A DNA stretch of 64,000 nt from Candidatus Babeliales bacterium (GTDB lineage Bacteria > Babelota > Babeliae > Babelales > JANWKD01). Both the position numbers and the translations under genes were made by a program. Position 1 is the first letter of the stretch. Every line of letters starts with the position of its first letter. The stretch spans positions 192,001 to 256,000 of the forward strand of contig CAVRJO010000002.1 of the NCBI GenBank assembly GCA_963722255.1. The letters are read 5' to 3'. The notes under the pieces are model-generated. The model was not told the origin of the DNA. It worked only from the letters and a program-made list of their open reading frames with translations, and made no database searches. Positions 55,179 through 64,000 of the stretch are shown here, piece by piece.

Positions 55179-56339
55179 ATGTTTTCAGATCAACTTTTAT
55201 CACTAGCACAAAGCCTATTTTTTATTATTATTGGAATAATGGGAATTGGATTCTTAATTGGATTCCATGAATTTGGCCATTTTATTTTTTGTAAAATTTT
55301 TCACATAAGAACACCCTCATTTTCAATTGGAATGGGTCCACGTATTTTTAAAAAGAAAATAGGCGAAACTGAATTTGCACTCTCACTCTTGCCCCTAGGC
55401 GGTTATGTCGAAATTGCCGGGGCGGCTGAAGTCGGGCAAGGCGAACAAAAGGAAGCCTACAGCACAGATCAAAATTCATTTGCTTCTAAACCCTACTATC
55501 AAAAAATGCTTGTTATGGCAGGTGGCATAGTCTTTAATCTTATGTTTGCTTATGCAGCGCTTTCTTTCCTTTATTTTATTGGTATGCCAAAAACGTTGCT
55601 TTATCCCCTGCATGCATCTAACCAAATAAGTTCAATTGAACCCGAGACTCCTGCAGCTCACTCAAATCTTAAACCATTAGATAAAGTTTTAGAGATTGAT
55701 AATCGTTCGGTCAATAATGCCGCCGATATAATAGGGATTATACATACTATTCCCAATAAAACAGTTCATATGCTCATTGAACGGGATGGCAAACAGGAAG
55801 ATATTTCACTTACCATAGGATCTCGAGAAATAAATAAGAAGGAACTGGGCTTTCTAGGTGTTGAATTTTCCATTCCTAAGTTTGGGTTTGTAGAGTCAAT
55901 TAAAAATGGCATTCAAGCCACTAATTTCCTCATTAGCCACGTTGTAGGTGCATTCAAGAAGCTTTTCACAGGCAAGGAGCTTGAAAACCTTGGTGGACCA
56001 TTGATGGTAATTTCGCAAACAATAAAGGGAGCAGAAAAAGGTTTTAAAATATTTTTACTCCTTCTTGCTTTCATTAGCGTTAATTTAGCAATTTTCAATA
56101 TCATTCCTTTACCTATTATGGATGGTGGCCAGGCCTTATTTTATACCATTGAAGCTATCTTAAGAAGACCTCTTAATGAAAAAATACGTGAATATATTCA
56201 TATTGGTACCTGGATCCTTCTTCTAGTACTTGTTGTCTACTTAAGCATCAAAGATGTCATAATGATTTTTGGCTTAAAAGAAATTATGAGCGCTACATCA
56301 ACAAAAATTAAAGAATTAATCAGCATATTCTGGAAATAA
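55179..56339 (+). CDS. rseP: RIP metalloprotease RseP (site-2 protease with PDZ)
   Basis: FHEFGHF (HExxH), FSIGMG, PLGGYV, PDZ region, NIIPLPIMDGG. Confidence 0.93.
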   Translation: MFSDQLLSLAQSLFFIIIGIMGIGFLIGFHEFGHFIFCKIFHIRTPSFSIGMGPRIFKKKIGETEFALSLLPLGGYVEIAGAAEVGQGEQKEAYSTDQNSFASKPYYQKMLVMAGGIVFNLMFAYAALSFLYFIGMPKTLLYPLHASNQISSIEPETPAAHSNLKPLDKVLEIDNRSVNNAADIIGIIHTIPNKTVHMLIERDGKQEDISLTIGSREINKKELGFLGVEFSIPKFGFVESIKNGIQATNFLISHVVGAFKKLFTGKELENLGGPLMVISQTIKGAEKGFKIFLLLLAFISVNLAIFNIIPLPIMDGGQALFYTIEAILRRPLNEKIREYIHIGTWILLLVLVVYLSIKDVIMIFGLKEIMSATSTKIKELISIFWK

Positions 56340-56353
56340 TTATTTCACATAAA

Positions 56354-56406
56354 TTAAAAAGCAAACATCCTCAAAGTTGAATACTTTGAGGATGTTTGCT
56401 TTTTAA
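56354..56406. terminator. Long bidirectional terminator hairpin downstream of rseP
   Basis: TTAAAAAGCAAACATCCTCAAAGT-tgaat-ACTTTGAGGATGTTTGCTTTTTAA. Confidence 0.8.
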
Positions 56407-58296
56407 ATCGGGTAGGAGCGAGTGATTAACTCGCGTCCTCCCACACCACCGTACGTACCGTTCGGTATACGGCGGTTCATGTCGATACTTTCGCGAGCAT
56501 CTCATAATATCTTTCAACAAGACTTACAAGCCCTTGCTCTCGCCAATAAGCGAGGCCGAGGGCTTTGTTTATTTGTGGAGTATTTGCCAGCCGCCAGTAT
56601 TTCTTGTCTGAGAATGCTATGCGTCCTGCCCATTTTCCTTCGATTCCTAGGTCTTTTAACTTTGCAAGCTTGGTTTTCCCTAACTTCCATTGTTTCAATA
56701 AACACATTCTCAATCTTCTGCGTATCCATTCGTCAAGTTCCTGGAGCACACTCTTTGTTTCGATAATACCGAAATATCCAATCCATCCAATGAGATACTC
56801 ATTGAGCTTCTTCAGTCGTTCTTTCATAGATATACCCCAATTGCGCTTCGTTAACTCGCGAATCTTCTCCTTAAACTTTATTCTGGTTTTGGGAGCGATT
56901 CGCAGCTTTACTTGCCAGCCAAAGGTGAATGAGAATCCTAGGAACTTTCTTCTCGATGGATAGTCTATTGCACTCTTTTGTACATTTATATTGAGCTTCA
57001 ATCGTTCTTGTAGAAACTTCATTATACTTGCATACACTCTTTGTCCCGCTCGCTTGCTTGCTACGTAGATGTTGCAGTCATCGGCGTATCGAACAAAAGA
57101 GTGTCCTCTTTGTGTAAGTTCTTTATCAAGATCATTCAGTATGATATTTGATAGCAGGGGACTTATTGGGCCACCTTGCGGTGTCCCGTCCTCTGATCTC
57201 ACATGACATCCATTGAGCATTACTCCCGATTGCAAGTATTTGCGGATAATTGCGTGTATGCGTTTATCTTCGACATGTTGTGCTATTTTCGACATCAGTA
57301 TGTCGTGATTTACACGGTCAAAGAATTTCTCGAGATCGATATCCACCACAATTTTCTTTCCGTGTTGGATATAGGTTTGGGCTTTATGCACAGCTTGCCG
57401 TGCACTTTTGCCTGGTCTAAATCCATAACTGAATTCTGAAAATGTAGCTTCAAATATTGGTGTCAAGACTTGTTGGATTGCCTGTTGGATAAAGCGATCA
57501 AGTACCGTTGGAATTCCTAATTCACGCACTCCACCGTCTTGTTTCGGAATTTCGACTCGACGTACGGGAGCTGGTTTATAGGTTCCGTCAAGAAGCTCTT
57601 GTTTGATGCGATTCCAATGCTCATTCAGATATGGAAGCAGTTCATTGACCTGCATATTATCCACACCCGCCGAGCCTTTGTTTCTTTCCACTCGTTTGAG
57701 TGCCTTCTTGAGATTATCGTACTCTACCACTTTCTCCATCAGTTGATTATTATGATTTGCCAAGATATGTTTGTTGATTTGTGTCATAAGTTTGCTCAGT
57801 ACCTCATCAGGACCTGGTAGAATTCACTACCGCCTCTCAGTGATGGTTCGATTTTTTTTTTTCGATTTTCTACTTTCATTGCATTCTCGATGTACGTATC
57901 AATCATATCTTTATCGCTCATGTTCAGGCCTTCCCGATTTTTTTTTTCGGTACTATGCCATCTGCTGACTTCTGTCCCTCAACCTCTATTTTCACAGAGG
58001 GTTGCCAACTTAGTCGGCGTGGAAACAGATCTCCCCGGGTAATTGCGCGCCCTTTCACCTCATCTACCTGCTCTATTTACTCTCGATAGTTTTGGCAACC
58101 ATGGCTTTTGTCTTACTTGGCAGACTCATCCGCTATCGCTAGCCTCGCATAGAGTTCGTATACCTCAGGCCAAGGTTTTGCTGCCGGCTTCCTTCAGATT
58201 TCACCTCGCGATGAACACCCTTGCCTTAGGCTAATGACTTCGTTGCCTTCGTCATTCCGGACTTTCACCGGTAGGTCGCGCCCATGCCGGGCGCAC
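56407..58296 (-). mobile_element. Group II intron, bacterial class C (IIC), apparently complete
   Basis: 5' GTGCGCCCGGCATGGGCG; short domain V GAACCGCCGTATACCGAACGGTACGTACGGTGGTGT; domain VI ending CCTACCCGAT; inserted just after the U-tract of an intrinsic terminator. Confidence 0.95.
56477..57787 (-). CDS. ltrA: Group II intron reverse transcriptase/maturase (no endonuclease domain)
   Basis: NKGSAGVD, RELGIPTVLDR, SYGFRPG, DLEKFFD, GTPQGGPISPLL, RYADD, FLGF, domain X GWIGYF. Confidence 0.96.
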   Translation of the reverse strand: MTQINKHILANHNNQLMEKVVEYDNLKKALKRVERNKGSAGVDNMQVNELLPYLNEHWNRIKQELLDGTYKPAPVRRVEIPKQDGGVRELGIPTVLDRFIQQAIQQVLTPIFEATFSEFSYGFRPGKSARQAVHKAQTYIQHGKKIVVDIDLEKFFDRVNHDILMSKIAQHVEDKRIHAIIRKYLQSGVMLNGCHVRSEDGTPQGGPISPLLSNIILNDLDKELTQRGHSFVRYADDCNIYVASKRAGQRVYASIMKFLQERLKLNINVQKSAIDYPSRRKFLGFSFTFGWQVKLRIAPKTRIKFKEKIRELTKRNWGISMKERLKKLNEYLIGWIGYFGIIETKSVLQELDEWIRRRLRMCLLKQWKLGKTKLAKLKDLGIEGKWAGRIAFSDKKYWRLANTPQINKALGLAYWREQGLVSLVERYYEMLAKVST

Positions 58297-58297
58297 C

Positions 58298-58326
58298 AAA
58301 AAAAAGGCGAAGAAAGATTCTTCGCC
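58298..58326 (-). terminator. Intrinsic terminator of rplM (intron target)
   Basis: GGCGAAGAA-tct-TTCTTCGCC-T8 immediately 5' of the intron. Confidence 0.88.
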
Positions 58327-58351
58327 CTAAATTTACTGACCAGATTAAAAG

Positions 58352-58807
58352 TTATGCTTTTTTGATAGCTTCAGCTTTCTTTTCAGCATTAACTTGTGCT
58401 TGGTGAGGATGGTCTTTACCAATATACACTTTCAATTTATCTAACACGGCACGACCCATTTTAGACTTTGGCAACATTCTTTTTACTGCAAGTCTAATTA
58501 CTTCAGTAGCATCCTTTTCCATCATTTCTCTTGCGGTTTTAACTTTATAACCACCAATCCACCCTGAATAGCTATCATAAATTTTTGTATCTAATTTATT
58601 GCCACTCAAAACGATTTTTTCAGCATTCGTAACAATTACGTAATCACCGGCATCGGTATGAGGGGTATAACTTGGAAGATGTTTACCACGCAGCATATCT
58701 GCAATTTTTGTAGCAAGCCTACCCAAGATCTCGCCTTCTGCATCAAGCTCAATCCAATGAGGCGCTCTATCCTCTTTCCTGACATAGAATGTTCTATTCA
58801 TACTCAT
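58352..58807 (-). CDS. rplM: 50S ribosomal protein L13
   Basis: DAEGEILGRLAT; LRGKH..YTPHTDAGDYVIV.NA; AVKRMLPK; HPHQAQ. Confidence 0.96.
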   Translation of the reverse strand: MSMNRTFYVRKEDRAPHWIELDAEGEILGRLATKIADMLRGKHLPSYTPHTDAGDYVIVTNAEKIVLSGNKLDTKIYDSYSGWIGGYKVKTAREMMEKDATEVIRLAVKRMLPKSKMGRAVLDKLKVYIGKDHPHQAQVNAEKKAEAIKKA

Positions 58808-59010
58808 AGTAAAAAAATTCCTTACCGATAAATATTTGTTTAATTTTTAATTTTTTGCTTACAAACGAACAGGTTAATAGCTTTTATAGTAAATAAAATT
58901 TGGAACAAGGTCAAATAAATAGTTCAAAATACTATGCATACGCATTCTTTATTTATATACTATTAGTAATGTTAGTTTATTAAAGCATCATCCAATCTTA
59001 AGGAATTAGA

Positions 59011-60606
59011 ATGCACACCAGTTGGATTGTCCTTGTACCGCCTATTGCCGTCTTGGCAACGTCATTCATAACAAAAAAAATTTTACCATCGTTGATGCTT
59101 GGTATTGCGTTATCAGCATTCATTGTAAAAGATTTTAATCCTTTAAACACCTTATTAAAAATCGGTGCTGTTTTTCTAGAACAACTTACCACTTTAGATA
59201 CCCTCTATATTTTTCTTTTTTTGCTCTTTTTGGGTGCATTGATTTCTCTCATTACCATTACGGGCGGAACTCAAGCCTATGCAAATCTCATACAAAACAA
59301 AATTAAAACCGCTCGGGGGGCAGAATCAGCTACCATCCTTCTTTCACTTGTTCTTTTATTTGATGATTTTTTTAGCAGCATTACCGTTGGTTCTATTATG
59401 AAACCAATAACCGACACTTTTAGCATCGCTCGAGTAAAATTGGCCTTTTTGATCGATTCTATGGCAGCACCGCTTGTTGTCTTAATGCCCATTTCTAGTT
59501 GGATTGCAACGCTTACTATGCAACTTTCAAAAGCAGGCATCGGGCATAATCTCGCTCAAAATCCTCTTGTTCTAGGCGAACCTTATTGGATTTATCTTAA
59601 CATAATACCTTATATATTTTATTCACTTTTTCTAATTGTATCGGTATTTATTATTGTCACGCTGCAATTGTCATTTGGACCTATGAAACGGCACGAGCTC
59701 ATTGCTCAGCAAACTAAAGATCTTTTCGGCGGAAAAAAACCGGTAAGCAGTATTATTGAAACACTTCCATCACGCAAAGGCTCTTTAAGCGATTTTCTCA
59801 TTCCCTTAATAATGTTGCTTTTTACAACATTTTCTGCCCTACTTTATTCGGGAAACTACCGTTTATTCCATGGACATAATTCATTTTTACAATCGCTCCA
59901 TCAAGCAAATATTTTTTATTCTCTTTTCTTAGGAAGCCTCATTACCCTTGCTCTTTGCATTATCTATTTTTTAGCACAAAAAAAGATTAACTATTCGGAT
60001 GTTATTATCATTAACAAATCAAGTATAGATCTTATGGGAACTTCTATTGCAATTTTATTTTGCTCGTGGGCATTCAGTAGTCTTTTGCTTAATGACTTAC
60101 AAAGCGGTAGCTATCTAGCTCATCTTCTAATTGGAAACGTTTCAATTAACTTTTTGCCTTGCATTTTTTTTATTGCATCATCAATAACTTCAATTAGCAT
60201 CGGTTCATCGTGGGGTACGATTGCAATTTTAACACCCCTTGCAATTCCCATGCTCATTGATTTTGCTGCATTACAGACTCCAACAACCCCAGAAATGTTG
60301 CCTCTGCTTTTTCCACTGTTAGGTGCAATATTTGCAGGCGCCGTAGCAGGCGATCATGTTTCGCCGCTTTCTAGCACAACCATAATGTCAGCTCTAAGCA
60401 GCGGAACACATCTTGAAGACCATATACATACGCAAGCGCTTTACGCGCTTCCGGCATTTGTTGCAACAATCATAGCATATCTTTTAGCAGGATTTTTAGC
60501 ACCATATAACCGCACGCTAGGTTGGTTATTCAGTATTATTGTAGGACTCGTTATATGTGCATATCTCTTACTGCAAGCACATTATAGTTCAAAAAAATCA
60601 AAATAA
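59011..60606 (+). CDS. Na+/H+ antiporter NhaC-family membrane transporter
   Basis: LFDDFF, KLAFLIDSMAAP, PISSW, GSSWGT, GAVAGDHVSPLS. Confidence 0.85.
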   Translation: MHTSWIVLVPPIAVLATSFITKKILPSLMLGIALSAFIVKDFNPLNTLLKIGAVFLEQLTTLDTLYIFLFLLFLGALISLITITGGTQAYANLIQNKIKTARGAESATILLSLVLLFDDFFSSITVGSIMKPITDTFSIARVKLAFLIDSMAAPLVVLMPISSWIATLTMQLSKAGIGHNLAQNPLVLGEPYWIYLNIIPYIFYSLFLIVSVFIIVTLQLSFGPMKRHELIAQQTKDLFGGKKPVSSIIETLPSRKGSLSDFLIPLIMLLFTTFSALLYSGNYRLFHGHNSFLQSLHQANIFYSLFLGSLITLALCIIYFLAQKKINYSDVIIINKSSIDLMGTSIAILFCSWAFSSLLLNDLQSGSYLAHLLIGNVSINFLPCIFFIASSITSISIGSSWGTIAILTPLAIPMLIDFAALQTPTTPEMLPLLFPLLGAIFAGAVAGDHVSPLSSTTIMSALSSGTHLEDHIHTQALYALPAFVATIIAYLLAGFLAPYNRTLGWLFSIIVGLVICAYLLLQAHYSSKKSK

Positions 60607-60609
60607 TTG

Positions 60610-60882
60610 TTAGCTTTCAGCTGTAGTTTCAGCATATTTCTTTTCGAGCTCTTCCCATCTATTTTGCGCTTTTTCACCAAAATATGGAATTCCATTCACA
60701 AGCGCAAAATAGATTGCACCATCCTCGTACCGATATTGTTTTGCTGTATAAACCTCGTCATATAATGTCTTATAGATTATCCAATCATTGTATTCTACAT
60801 ACATGATTAGATCCCCTTCAGTAGCTCTCAAGGGCAACAAAAAAAATGACACTACAAAAGTAAGCTTTACTAATAACTTCAC
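60610..60882 (-). CDS. Small secreted hypothetical protein
   Basis: AAGGAG SD; signal peptide; C-terminal AQNRWEELEKKY helix. Confidence 0.6.
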   Translation of the reverse strand: MKLLVKLTFVVSFFLLPLRATEGDLIMYVEYNDWIIYKTLYDEVYTAKQYRYEDGAIYFALVNGIPYFGEKAQNRWEELEKKYAETTAES

Positions 60883-60962
60883 AAACGTCTCCTTTTATGA
60901 CTAACAAAGCAAACACAATTGTTTTATTCATTTCAATATTGATACTCTCAATTTTATTCTTT

Positions 60963-62267
60963 CTACTTTTTTTCTAATGCATAGGCAAGAGCTTTTTCAA
61001 TATCTTTTGATTCTTTCGGCAAATTTTCACTAAGGCAAAGAGCACCGTCAGACACAATCCAATAATCATCTTCAATACGTATACCGATAGATTCTTCAGG
61101 AATATAAATACCCGGCTCAATAGTAATGACATCACCCTACTTCAAAGGCTGAGAATAATCACCAACATCATGAACATCTAATCCTAAAAAGTGCCCTATA
61201 CCATGGATACAATATTCGCCATAGCCATGGTCCTCAATAAATTTTTTTGCTAAATGGTTAAGCGATTGATCCGGTTCATTTTTATTTGAAAGCCACACGC
61301 CCGGTTTTGCCAAATTTGCAATATATGCCTGTGTTTGCAAAACAAGTTCATATACTTCTTTTTGGCGTTGCGTGAAACTACCTGAAACGGGATATGTTCT
61401 TGTTAGATCAGCGCAATAGGAATTATAGCGTGCACCAATATCAACAACTACTAAATCTCCCGAAACAAGAGTTCGCTTATTTTCCATATAGTGTAAAATT
61501 GTTGAATTTTTTCCGCTTGCAACAATAGATGAAAATGCAGCAGTTGCACCGCTAATAGTATAATGATATTCAATAAGAGCCTGCAGCTCATTCTCTTTTT
61601 TACCCGGTTCCATCAACTGCATCGTCGCTTCTTGTGCATCAATAGTAATTTCAATTGCTTTATACAACTGCTCAATTTCAAATTTACTCTTTTTACGACG
61701 CATTTGAGCTACAAGAGAAGAAATATCACACAGTGATTGTTTTAGCGAGGGAATAATTTCTACAATTCGCTGTAGAACGAAACGCTGTTCAATATAGTCA
61801 CTGGCATTAGAAGGATTAAGCGTATAGAGTTTGCGTCCTTGTCCAATTGAATCTTCAATTAGTTTAAGCAACTGTTCATATTCACGATGTGTAAAAAAAG
61901 GATGGCATTGATAGCCAACACATTGATTACCAAGATATTTGATTTCATCAACGTGAAATTCTTGTGCTTTTTCTTCACTTGCTTCAATTGCATCCGCTAC
62001 CCATTTTGCACGTTCTTTTCCAAAATTTGGAACAAATAACGTCGATCTACCAGTCTCAATATCAATCCACAATGCCGCTGCAGGTTCTTGAAGGCCGGTA
62101 TAATAAAAAAACGAGGAATCTTGTTTGAAAACATATCCATCTCGTTCAAAATTAGCAAATAAAACTATTGTGCCTTGCGTGATTTCATATTTTTGTTTAA
62201 CCAATGCTATAAGTTCAGTACGTCGCTCATGAAACATATAAAATTTATGATGAGGTGATGATGTCAT
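60963..62267 (-). CDS. pepP: Xaa-Pro aminopeptidase (aminopeptidase P) with an in-frame TAG at 61137-61139
   Basis: FKQDSSFFYYTG, ILHY, VDIG, YCADLTRT, HGIGHFLGLDVHD; the frame continues after TAG with GDVITIEPGIY...GIRIEDD. Confidence 0.88.
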
Positions 62268-62350
62268 TGAAAACTCCAAAAAGTAGGTTATAATCTTTGT
62301 AAGTATTCCATTCCGATTTCTTTTTTGCAAATTATCAAAACAATAAAACA

Positions 62351-62812
62351 ATGAAAGGATCTTTCGTGAAATTAGTACGATTTAGCCTACTATCAATTTT
62401 TTTTGCAACTTCTCTCACAAGCCTTAAAGCTATGCAAGGTAAACCGCCATGCGACTTAAGCGCAGTAGCCAGACCTCAGGACTTAAAATTCCTCGTCGGA
62501 GTTAATGCCTATAGCCCTAATCTTTTAAAAATTGACGCTTTAATCAATGCTTTGCTTAAAAGTACATATGAGGAAAAAATGGAAGAATTAGGAAAGTTTT
62601 CAAATACAGCTCTAGAAAATCTCGTATCAGCTATTGAACGAAATAAAAGTCTTCTTACAATAGATATTGAACGGAAAAAACATCTTTTTCAAGAAAAAGA
62701 AATCCAAGAAAAAATAGAAAATAGAAATCAACTCCGTTTTTTAGAGCTTTTCATACTCGAATATTTCATACATCCAAACAAAGATGTCACAGAAGCTGAA
62801 AAATCCTTGTAA
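62351..62812 (+). CDS. Secreted helical hypothetical protein
   Basis: Signal peptide ending LKA-MQ followed by PPCDLSAVARP. Confidence 0.65.
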   Translation: MKGSFVKLVRFSLLSIFFATSLTSLKAMQGKPPCDLSAVARPQDLKFLVGVNAYSPNLLKIDALINALLKSTYEEKMEELGKFSNTALENLVSAIERNKSLLTIDIERKKHLFQEKEIQEKIENRNQLRFLELFILEYFIHPNKDVTEAEKSL

Positions 62813-62839
62813 ACTACAGCAAAAAAGTTTATGTACTAC

Positions 62840-62870
62840 AGCCGGCAAGAAATTTCTTGCCGGCTTTTTT
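62840..62870 (+). terminator. Intrinsic terminator
   Basis: AGCCGGCAAGAAA|TTTCTTGCCGGCT followed by a T-run. Confidence 0.8.
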
Positions 62871-63031
62871 ATGTTATACAATCGTATCTGATTTCAATTT
62901 TAAAATAATAGGCGTCCTTAAAAACAGTAATTAATATAATAATATTTGTAATTTATTGAACTAGAATAGAAATATATGCTATACTAAAAAATAATAAAAT
63001 TATTTACCATTAATAATGTGAGGAGTTTATT

Positions 63032-63616
63032 ATGAAGCTATTTAAAACAACTTTTTTAATAACTGTTTTAGCTATTTCTTATGTTTCTATAGAAGCGATG
63101 GAAGGACAGCCTCCAAGGCAAAATCGACCTCCATGTGATATAAGCGCAGTCGCTCAACCTACTACTAAAGTACGTCATATTCAATATGGCTGGGAAGGAC
63201 CAATCGTATACGAGTCTCTCTCACCCTCAGAACTTGAAATTTTAGCACGTAAAAAAGAGCAAGAAGAAGCCGCTGAAAAAGCCGCAATCGAACGTCAAGA
63301 AGCCCGCGCGCTCCATGCAAGAACCATGAAACCATTACAACAAGGCTCGGCCAATGTTCTTATAGAAAATTTATTACAAAATCTTGATGACATTGATACA
63401 GTCCAAAATGCCGTCAACTCCTACGCATTAGCTATTAAAACATTACTTCTTGATCAAATTGAAACAAAAAAAGCACTTCTTGATATCAATAACGCAGAAG
63501 AAAAAAAGAAAATCGAAGAGCTGAATACTTTAGAATCTATTGTTAATCAAGCTTTAGAAAAAGAAAGCAAAGAAGCTGCAAAAGAAGAAGAAGAGTCAAC
63601 GGAAAAAGAACTTTAA
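63032..63616 (+). CDS. Secreted helical hypothetical protein (related to 62351-62812)
   Basis: AGGAG SD; signal peptide ending IEA-ME followed by PPCDISAVAQP; acidic coiled tail. Confidence 0.7.
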   Translation: MKLFKTTFLITVLAISYVSIEAMEGQPPRQNRPPCDISAVAQPTTKVRHIQYGWEGPIVYESLSPSELEILARKKEQEEAAEKAAIERQEARALHARTMKPLQQGSANVLIENLLQNLDDIDTVQNAVNSYALAIKTLLLDQIETKKALLDINNAEEKKKIEELNTLESIVNQALEKESKEAAKEEEESTEKEL

Positions 63617-63649
63617 CAATAAAAATAAAGGCTTGCATAAAATATAATA

Positions 63650-64000
63650 GACCTCTTCTGAAACTCATTTAACCAACTCAAAATTATAGATACCCGCAAT
63701 AAGATTGAAACGGAGCCCAAATCTTTTTCGTCGATTGCGATATTTGTCAGCAACTATTTTAAAACGTTTTATCATACCAATTACATGCTCATTTAAAACA
63801 CGCTGGCTTGATAATTCTCTATTTCGTTGTTTATCTGTTAATGTTAAAGGATTTTTTTTACTTTTTTTCTTTGGCATAGAAGTATTATTATGAATTTTTT
63901 TTAGACCTAAATAACCTGTATCTGTAAGAACTTCAGTAGATTTTGCGAAGTGAATTTTTGAAGTTTTGAAGAGTTTAAAATCATGTCGTTTACCATCTGA
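63650..64000 (-). mobile_element. Second copy of the IS5-family element (runs off window end)
   Basis: TA + IR GACCTCTTCTGAAACT; reverse complement of the right part of 33718-34627, encoding the same transposase C-terminus. Confidence 0.92.

Noticed and set aside
56422..58234. Several + strand ORFs within the intron
   Set aside because: Antisense to the RT gene and intron RNA; no independent evidence.
61137..61139. Genome-wide TAG reassignment
   Set aside because: TAG terminates genes at their expected ends elsewhere (e.g. tatD, rpsJ, tuf), and no other in-frame TAG was seen in intact genes.
1..64000. CRISPR array, rRNA, prophage or integron
   Set aside because: No regularly spaced repeats, cas, rRNA, phage structural or integrase genes were seen.

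Overview
AT-rich bacterial chromosome segment. The many small Sec-signal hypothetical proteins, eukaryote-like effector domains and gene order suggest an intracellular parasite of protists, most likely Candidatus Dependentiae/Babeliales (inference). The housekeeping backbone comprises secD (5' part), tRNA-Leu, serS, HU, tatD, spoIID-like, rnhA, tRNA-Ile2, gap, nfo, pgm/pmm, sbcC, the contiguous str-S10-spc-alpha ribosomal superoperon, rseP, rplM, an NhaC-type antiporter and pepP. Mobile elements are one IS3, one IS4, two copies of an IS5-family element and a complete class C group II intron. There is also an MNT-HEPN toxin-antitoxin pair. The stretch ~36.0-54.5 kb is dense in indels that break essential genes, almost certainly a sequencing/consensus artefact, so frameshift-based pseudogene calls elsewhere are also uncertain. 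The most interesting candidates are four: (i) a 12.4-19.3 kb locus with two secreted 'RGxGGG' precursors of hydrophobic peptides, two paralogous small membrane proteins and a membrane-anchored regulator with a degenerate sigma54-activator AAA+ domain; (ii) a recurrent signal-peptide signature that leaves Met at mature position +1; (iii) two different sbcC-rplQ cargo cassettes fused in tandem; (iv) CGAAG/CGTAG mini-hairpin repeats fused to both tRNA 3' ends.
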